A DNA stretch of 64,000 bases from Azolla caroliniana (Eukaryota; Plantae; Polypodiophyta), in contig JBHGNT010000054.1 of assembly GCA_043228905.1 (NCBI GenBank), forward strand, positions 1-64,000, written 5' to 3'. The notes beneath the pieces were generated by a model. That model worked only from the letters and a program-made list of their open reading frames with translations, had not been told where the DNA came from and ran no database searches. Positions 57,301-64,000 of the stretch are shown in pieces. Position 1 is the stretch's first letter. Each line of letters opens with the position of its first letter. Both the position numbers and the translations under genes were made by a program.

Positions 57301-58740
57301 ATCGAAGGTAACGAATCTAGCCATGATATGGAATTAAAAAATCAAGATTTTGAAACTCAAGTCGAGAGACATGAAGAAAAAAGCAATTTTGAGGAAGGCG
57401 TAGACAAGAGCGCCTCACTGACTGAAAATGTTCCTAGATGGCTTGTGTGATATCGGATTTTGGTGTTTAAACCTGCGAATCGAAGGTAACGAATATAGCC
57501 ATGATATGGAATTGAAAAATCAAGATTTAAAAACACAGGTCCAGAGACATGAAGTAAAAAGCAAATTTGAGGAAGGCGTAGACAAGACCGCCTCACTGAC
57601 TGAAAATGTTCATAGATGGCTCGTGTGATATCGGATTTTGGTGTTTAAACATGACAATCGAAGGTAACGAATATAGCCATGATATGGAATTGAAAAATCA
57701 AGATTTAAAAACTCTCGTCGAGAGACATAAAGAAAAAAGCAATTTTGAGGAAGGCGTAGACAAGAGCGCCTAACTGACTGAAAATGTTCCTACATGGCTT
57801 GTGTGATATCGGATTTTGGTGTTTAAACATGCGAATCGAAGGTAACGAAACTAGCCATGATATCGAATTAAAAAATCAAGATTTTGCAACTCAGGTCGAG
57901 AGACATGAAGAAAAAAGCAATTTTGAGGAAGGCGTAGACAAGAGCGCCTCACTGACTGAAAATGTTCATAGATGGCTTGTGTGATATCGGATTTTGGTGT
58001 TTAAACATGCGAATCGAAGGTAACGAATAAAGCCATGATATGGAATTGAAAAATCAAGATTTAAAAACTCAGGTCCAGAGACATAAAGAGAAAAGCAAAT
58101 TTGAGGAAGGCGTAGACAAGAGCGCCTCACTGAATGAAAATGTTCATAGATGGCTTGTGTGATATCGGATTTTGGTGTTTAAACATGCGAATCGAAGGTA
58201 ACGAATATAGCCATGATATGGAATTGAAAAATCAAGATTTAAGAACTTTGGTCGAGAGACATGAAGTGAAAAGCAAATTTAAGGAAGGCATAGACAAGAG
58301 CGCCTCAATGGATGAAAATGTTCATAGATTCCTCGTGTGATATCGGATTTTGGTGTTTAAACATGCGAATCGAAGGTAACGAATATAGCCATGATATAGA
58401 ATTGAAAAAATCAAGATTTAAAAACTCAGGTCGAGAGACATAAAGTAAAAAGCAAATTTAAGGAAGGTGTCGACAAGAGCGCCACAATGAATGAAAATGC
58501 TCATAGATTGCTCGTGTGATATCGGATTTTGGTGTTTAAACATGCGAATCGAAGGTAACGAATATAGCCATGATATGGAATTGAAAAATCAAGATTTAAA
58601 AACTCTGGTCGAGAGACATGAAGTGAAAAGCAAATTTAAGGAAGGCGTAGACAAGAGCGCCTCAATGGATGAAAATGTTCATAGATTCCTCGTGTGATAT
58701 CGGATTTTGGTGTTTAAACATGCGAATCGAAGGTAACGAA
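54400..58740 (+). repeat. 12-monomer HOR (2137 bp), two tandem copies
   Basis: ORF pairs 54579/56716, 54935/57072, 55647/57784, 55997/58134, 56354/58491; private variants TTTAAGAACT, CCTACATGG, CTCAATGAGT. Confidence 0.88.
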
Positions 58741-59129
58741 TATAGCCATGATATGGAATTAAAAAATCAAGATTTTGAAACTCAGGTCGAGAGACATGAA
58801 GAAAAAAGCAATTTTGAGGAAGGCGTCGACAAGAGCGCCACAATGAATGAAAATGCTCATAGATTGCTCGTGTGATATCGGATTTTGGTGTTTAAACATG
58901 CGAATCGAAGGTAACGAATCTAGCCATGATATGGAATTAAAAAATCAAGATTTTCAAACTCAAGTCGAGAGACATGAAGGAAAAAGCAGATTTGAGGAAG
59001 GCGTAGACAAGAGCGCCTCACTTACTAAAAATGTTCATAGATGGCTCGTGTGATATCGGATTTTGGTGTTTAAACATGCGAATCGAAGGTAACGAATCTA
59101 GCCATGATATGGAATTAAAAAATAAAGAA

Positions 59130-62100
59130 TTTGATACTCATATCGAGAGACATGAAGAAAAAAGCAATTTTGAGGTAGGCGTAGACAAGAGCGCCTCACT
59201 GACTAAAAATGTTCATAGATGGCTCGTTTGATATCGGATTTTGGTGTTTAAACATGCAAATCGAAGGTAACGAAACTAGCCATGATATCGAATTAAAAAA
59301 TCAAGATTTTGCAACTCAGGTCGAGAGACATGAAGAAAAAAGCAATTTTGAGGAAGGCGTAGACAAGAGCGCCTCACTGACTGAAAATATTCCTAGATGG
59401 CTTGTGTGATATCGGATTTTGGTGTTTAAACATGCGAATCGAAGGTAACGAATATAGCCATGATATAGAATTGAAAAATCAAGATTTAAAAACTCAGGTC
59501 GAGAGACATAAAGAAAAAAGCAATTTTGAGGAAGGCGTAGACAAGAGCGCCTCACTGACTGAAAATGTTCCTAGATGGCTTGTGTGATATCGGATTTTGG
59601 TGTTTAAACCTGCGAATCGAAGGTAACGAATATAGCCATGATATGGAATTGAAAAATCAAGATTTAAAAACTCAGGTCCAGAGACATGAAGTAAAAAGCA
59701 AATTTAAGGAAGCCGTCGACAAGAGCGCCTCACTGACTAAAAATGTTCATAGATGGCTCGTGTGATATCGGGTTTTGGTGTTTAAACATGCGAATTGAAG
59801 GTAACGAATATAGTCATGATATGGAATTGAAAAATCAAGATTTAAAAACTCAGGTCGAGAGACATAAAGTAAAAAGGAAATTTAAGGAAGGCGTCGACAA
59901 GAGCGCCTCAATGGATGAAAAGGTTCATAGATTCCTCGTGTGATATCGGATTTTGGTGTTTAAACATGCGAATCGAAGGTAACGAATCTAGCCATGATAT
60001 GGAATTAAAAAATCAAGATTTTGAAACTCAAGTCAAGATACATGACGAAAACAGCAATTTTGAGGAAGGCGTAGACAAAAGCGCCTCACTGACTGAATAT
60101 GTTCATAGATTCCTCGTGTGATATCGGATTTTGGTGTTTAAACATGCGAATCCAAGGTATCGAATCTAGCCATGATATGGAATTAAAAAATCAAAATTTT
60201 GAAACTCAAGCCAAGATACATGACGAAAACAAGAATTTTGAGGAAGGCGTAGACAAGAGCGCCTCACTGAGTAAAAATGTTCATAGATGGCTCGTGTGAT
60301 ATCGGATTTTGGTGTTTAAACATGTGAATCGAAGGTAACGAATATAGCAATGATATGGAATTAAAAAATAAACATTTTGATACTCATATCGAGAGACATG
60401 AAGAAAAAAGCAATTTTGAGGAAGGCGTAGACAAGAGCGCATCAATGAATGAAAATGTTCATAGATGGCTCGTGTGATATCGAATTTTGGTGTTTAAACA
60501 TGCAAATCGAAGGTAACGAAACTAGCCATGATATCGAATTAAAAAATCAAGATTTTGCAACTCAGGTCGAGAGACATGAAGAGAAAAGCAATTTTGAGGA
60601 AGGCGTAGACAAGAGCGCCTCACTGACTGAAAATGTGCATAGATGGCTCGTGTGATATCGAATTTTGGTGTTTAAACATGCAAATCGAAGGTAACGAAAC
60701 TAGCCATGATATTGAATTAAAAAATCAAGATTTTGCAACTCAGGTCGAGAGACATGAAGAAAAAAGCAATTTTGAGGAAGGCGTAGACAAGAGCGCCTCA
60801 CTGACTGAAAATGTTCATAGATGGCTTGTGTGATATCGGATTTTGGTGTTTAAACATGCGAATCGAAGGTAACGAATATAGCCACGACATGGAATTGAAA
60901 AATCAAGATTTTGAAACTCAAGTCGAGAGACATGAAGAAAAAAGCAATTTTGAGGAAGGCGTAGACAAGAGCGCCTCACTGACTGAAAATGTTCATAGAT
61001 GGCTCGTGTGATATCGGATTTTGGTGTTTAAACATGAAAATCGAAGGTAACGAATATAGCCATGATATGGAATTGAAAAATCAAGATTTAAAAACTCTGG
61101 TCGAGAGACATAAAGAAAAAAGCAATTTTGAGGAAGGCGTAGACAAGAGCGCCTAACTGACTGAAAATGTTCCTACATGGCTTGTGTGATATCCGATTTT
61201 GGTGTTTAAACATGCGAATCGAAGGTAACGAATATAGCCATGATATGGAATTGAAAAATCAAGATTTAAAAACTCAGGTCGAGAGACATAAAGAAAAAAG
61301 CAATTTTGAGGAAGCCGTAGACAAGAGCGCCTCACTGACTGAAAATGTTCATAGATGGCTTGTATGATATCGGATTTTGGTGTTTAAACCTGCGAATCGA
61401 AGGTAACGAATATAGCCATGATATGGAATTGAAAAATCATCATTTAAAAACTCTGGTCGAGAGACATAAAGAAAAAAGCAATTTTGAGGAAGGCGTAGAC
61501 AAGAGCGCCTCACTGACTGAAAATGTTCCTAGATGGCTTGTGTGATATCGGATTTTGGTGTTTAAACCTGCGAATCGAAGGTAACGAATATAGCCATGAT
61601 ATGGAATTGAAAAATCAAGATTTAAAAACTCTGGTCGAGAGACATAAAGAAAAAAGCAATTTTGAGGAAGGCGTAGACAAGAGCGCCTCACTGACTGAAA
61701 ATGTTCCTAGATGGCTTCTGTGATATCGGATTTTGGTGTTTAAACCTGCGAATCGAAGGTAACGAATATAGCCATGATATGGAATTGAAAAATCAAGATT
61801 TAAAAACTCAAGTCGAGAGACATGAAAAAAAAAGCAATTTTGAGGAAGGCGTAGACAAGAGCGCCTCAATGAATGAAAATGTTCCTAGATGGCTTGTGTG
61901 ATATCGGATTTTGGTGTTTAAACCTGCGAATCGAAGGTAACGAATATAGCCATGATATGGAATTGAAAAATCAAGATTTTGAAACTCAAGTCGAGAGACA
62001 TGACGAAAACAAGAATTTTGAGGAAGGCGTAGACAAGAGCGCCTCACTGAGTAAAAATGTTCATAGATGGCTCGTGTGATATCGGATTTTGGTGTTTAAA

Positions 62101-64000
62101 CATGCGAATCGAAGGTAACGAATCTAGCCATGATATGGAATTAAAAAATAAAGAATTTGATACTCATATCGAGAGACATGAAGAAAAAAGCAATTTTGAG
62201 GTAGGCGTAGACAAGAGCGCCTCACTGACTGAATATGTTCATAGATGGCTCGTGTGATATCGAATTTTGGTGTTTAAACATGCAAATCGAAGGTAACGAA
62301 TATAGCCATGATATGGAATTGAAAAATCAAGATTTTGAAACTCTGGTCGAGAGACATAAAGAAAAAAGCAATTTTGAGGAAGGCGTAGACAAGAGCGCCT
62401 CACTGACTGAAAATGTTCCTAGATGGCTTGTGTGATATCGGATTTTGGTGTTTAAACCTGCGAATCGAAGGTAACGAATATAGCCATGATATGGAATTAA
62501 AAAATAAAGAATTTGATACTCATATCGAGAGACATGAAGAAAAAAGCAAATTTGAGGAAGGCGTAGACAAGAGCGCCTCACTGACTAAAAATGTTCATAG
62601 ATGGCTCGTTTGATATCGGATTTTGGTGTTTAAACATGCAAATCGAAGGTAACGAAACTAGCCATGATATCGAATTAAAAAATCAAGATTTTGCAACTCA
62701 GGTCGAGAGACATGAAGAAAAAAGCAATTTTGAGGAAGGCGTAGACAAGAGCGCCTCACTGACTGAAAATATTCCTAGATGGCTTGTGTGATATCGGATT
62801 TTGGTGTTTAAACATGCGAATCGAAGGTAACGAATATAGCCATGATATAGAATTGAAAAATCAAGATTTAAAAACTCAGGTCGAGAGACATAAAGAAAAA
62901 AGCAATTTTGAGGAAGGCGTAGACAAGAGCGCCTCACTGACTGAAAATGTTCCTAGATGGCTTGTGTGATATCGGATTTTGGTGTTTAAACCTGCGAATC
63001 GAAGGTAACGAATATAGCCATGATATGGAATTGAAAAATCAAGATTTAAAAACTCAGGTCCAGAGACATGAAGTAAAAAGCAAATTTAAGGAAGCCGTCG
63101 ACAAGAGCGCCTCACTGACTAAAAATGTTCATAGATGGCTCGTGTGATATCGGGTTTTGGTGTTTAAACATGCGAATTGAAGGTAACGAATATAGTCATG
63201 ATATGGAATTGAAAAATCAAGATTTAAAAACTCAGGTCGAGAGACATAAAGTAAAAAGGAAATTTAAGGAAGGCGTCGACAAGAGCGCCTCAATGGATGA
63301 AAAGGTTCATAGATTCCTCGTGTGATATCGGATTTTGGTGTTTAAACATGCGAATCGAAGGTAACGAATCTAGCCATGATATGGAATTAAAAAATCAAGA
63401 TTTTGAAACTCAAGTCAAGATACATGACGAAAACAGCAATTTTGAGGAAGGCGTAGACAAAAGCGCCTCACTGACTGAATATGTTCATAGATTCCTCGTG
63501 TGATATCGGATTTTGGTGTTTAAACATGCGAATCCAAGGTATCGAATCTAGCCATGATATGGAATTAAAAAATCAAAATTTTGAAACTCAAGCCAAGATA
63601 CATGACGAAAACAAGAATTTTGAGGAAGGCGTAGACAAGAGCGCCTCACTGAGTAAAAATGTTCATAGATGGCTCGTGTGATATCGGATTTTGGTGTTTA
63701 AACATGTGAATCGAAGGTAACGAATATAGCAATGATATGGAATTAAAAAATAAACATTTTGATACTCATATCGAGAGACATGAAGAAAAAAGCAATTTTG
63801 AGGAAGGCGTAGACAAGAGCGCATCAATGAATGAAAATGTTCATAGATGGCTCGTGTGATATCGAATTTTGGTGTTTAAACATGCAAATCGAAGGTAACG
63901 AAACTAGCCATGATATCGAATTAAAAAATCAAGATTTTGCAACTCAGGTCGAGAGACATGAAGAGAAAAGCAATTTTGAGGAAGGCGTAGACAAGAGCGC
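59130..64000 (+). repeat. 19-monomer HOR (3382 bp); second copy runs off the window end
   Basis: ORF pairs 59209/62591, 59402/62784, 59565/62947, 59743/63125, 59915/63297, 60099/63481 at offset 3382 = 19x178; private variants TCAAAATTTT, GCGCATCAATG, GAAGAGAAAAG. Confidence 0.92.
59580..61200 (+). repeat. Dispersed copy of ~54060-55680 (offset 5520, 31 monomers)
   Basis: ORF pairs 54223/59743, 54395/59915, 54579/60099, 55113/60633, 55291/60811, 55647/61167. Confidence 0.85.

Larger units (their letters stand above)
1..64000 (+). repeat. Tandem satellite DNA array, 178-bp monomer, about 360 copies, putative centromeric/pericentromeric satellite; extends beyond both window ends
   Basis: The motif GTGTGATATCGGATTTTGGTGTTTAAAC recurs every 178 bp throughout. 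ORF-track stop coordinates step by 178 (262, 440, 618, 796...). 1092 to 11594 is exactly 59x178 and 58697 to 63681 is exactly 28x178. No non-repeat sequence or inverted monomer seen. The centromeric role is inferred from monomer size and HOR organisation only. Confidence 0.99.

Noticed and set aside
2423-62937. Minus-strand ORFs of 60-92 aa (MRRSCLRLPQ..., MFKHQN...)
   Set aside because: They appear only where particular SNP combinations remove a stop in the reverse complement of the repeat.
62-63681. Hundreds of 60-68 aa plus-strand ORFs (MFIDGSCDIGFWCLNMRIEGNE...) as a tandem gene family
   Set aside because: They are translations of the satellite. They overlap each other, have no intergenic or regulatory space, show no recognisable domain, and stops and frameshifts are freely amplified.
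1-64000. CRISPR array (conserved box alternating with variable sequence)
   Set aside because: The variable parts are homologous to each other rather than unique spacers, the 178-bp period is too long, and there are no cas genes or leader.
1-64000. Identification as Arabidopsis CEN178/CEN180 or primate alpha satellite
   Set aside because: Only the length is similar. I see none of the sequence motifs I recall for those families; a database search is needed for any assignment.
1-64000. 5S rRNA, tRNA or snRNA tandem gene array; embedded LTR retrotransposon; telomeric repeats; inversions
   Set aside because: No recognisable RNA-gene sequence or Pol III boxes, no non-satellite interruption, and no reverse-orientation monomer seen.

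Overview
The whole 64 kb window is one uninterrupted, head-to-tail tandem array of a 178-bp satellite monomer (about 360 copies, all in the same orientation). Consensus read from the sequence: GTGTGATATCGGATTTTGGTGTTTAAACATGCGAATCGAAGGTAACGAATATAGCCATGATATGGAATTGAAAAATCAAGATTTTGAAACTCAGGTCGAGAGACATGAAGAAAAAAGCAATTTTGAGGAAGGCGTAGACAAGAGCGCCTCACTGACTGAAAATGTTCATAGATGGCTC (hand count about 39% GC, about 62% purine on +). The nucleosome-sized monomer, array length and higher-order structure are typical of eukaryotic (peri)centromeric satellite DNA. I do not recognise the family or the organism, and centromere function cannot be shown from sequence. I found no credible genes, RNAs, transposons or CRISPR arrays; the 60-90 aa ORFs are translations of the repeat. 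The informative content is the array's internal history: nested higher-order repeats (HORs) of 2, 7, 8, 11, 12, 15, 18-20, 19 and 27 monomers; a roughly 29-32 kb super-duplication; three kinds of truncated monomer (118, 157 and 127 bp, the last amplified five times); an apparent ectopic gene-conversion patch; CpG-deamination variants; and recurrent +1 insertions that place both alleles of a polymorphic site side by side. HOR boundaries were estimated by eye from diagnostic variants and ORF-track offsets and are approximate (about +/-50-100 bp).
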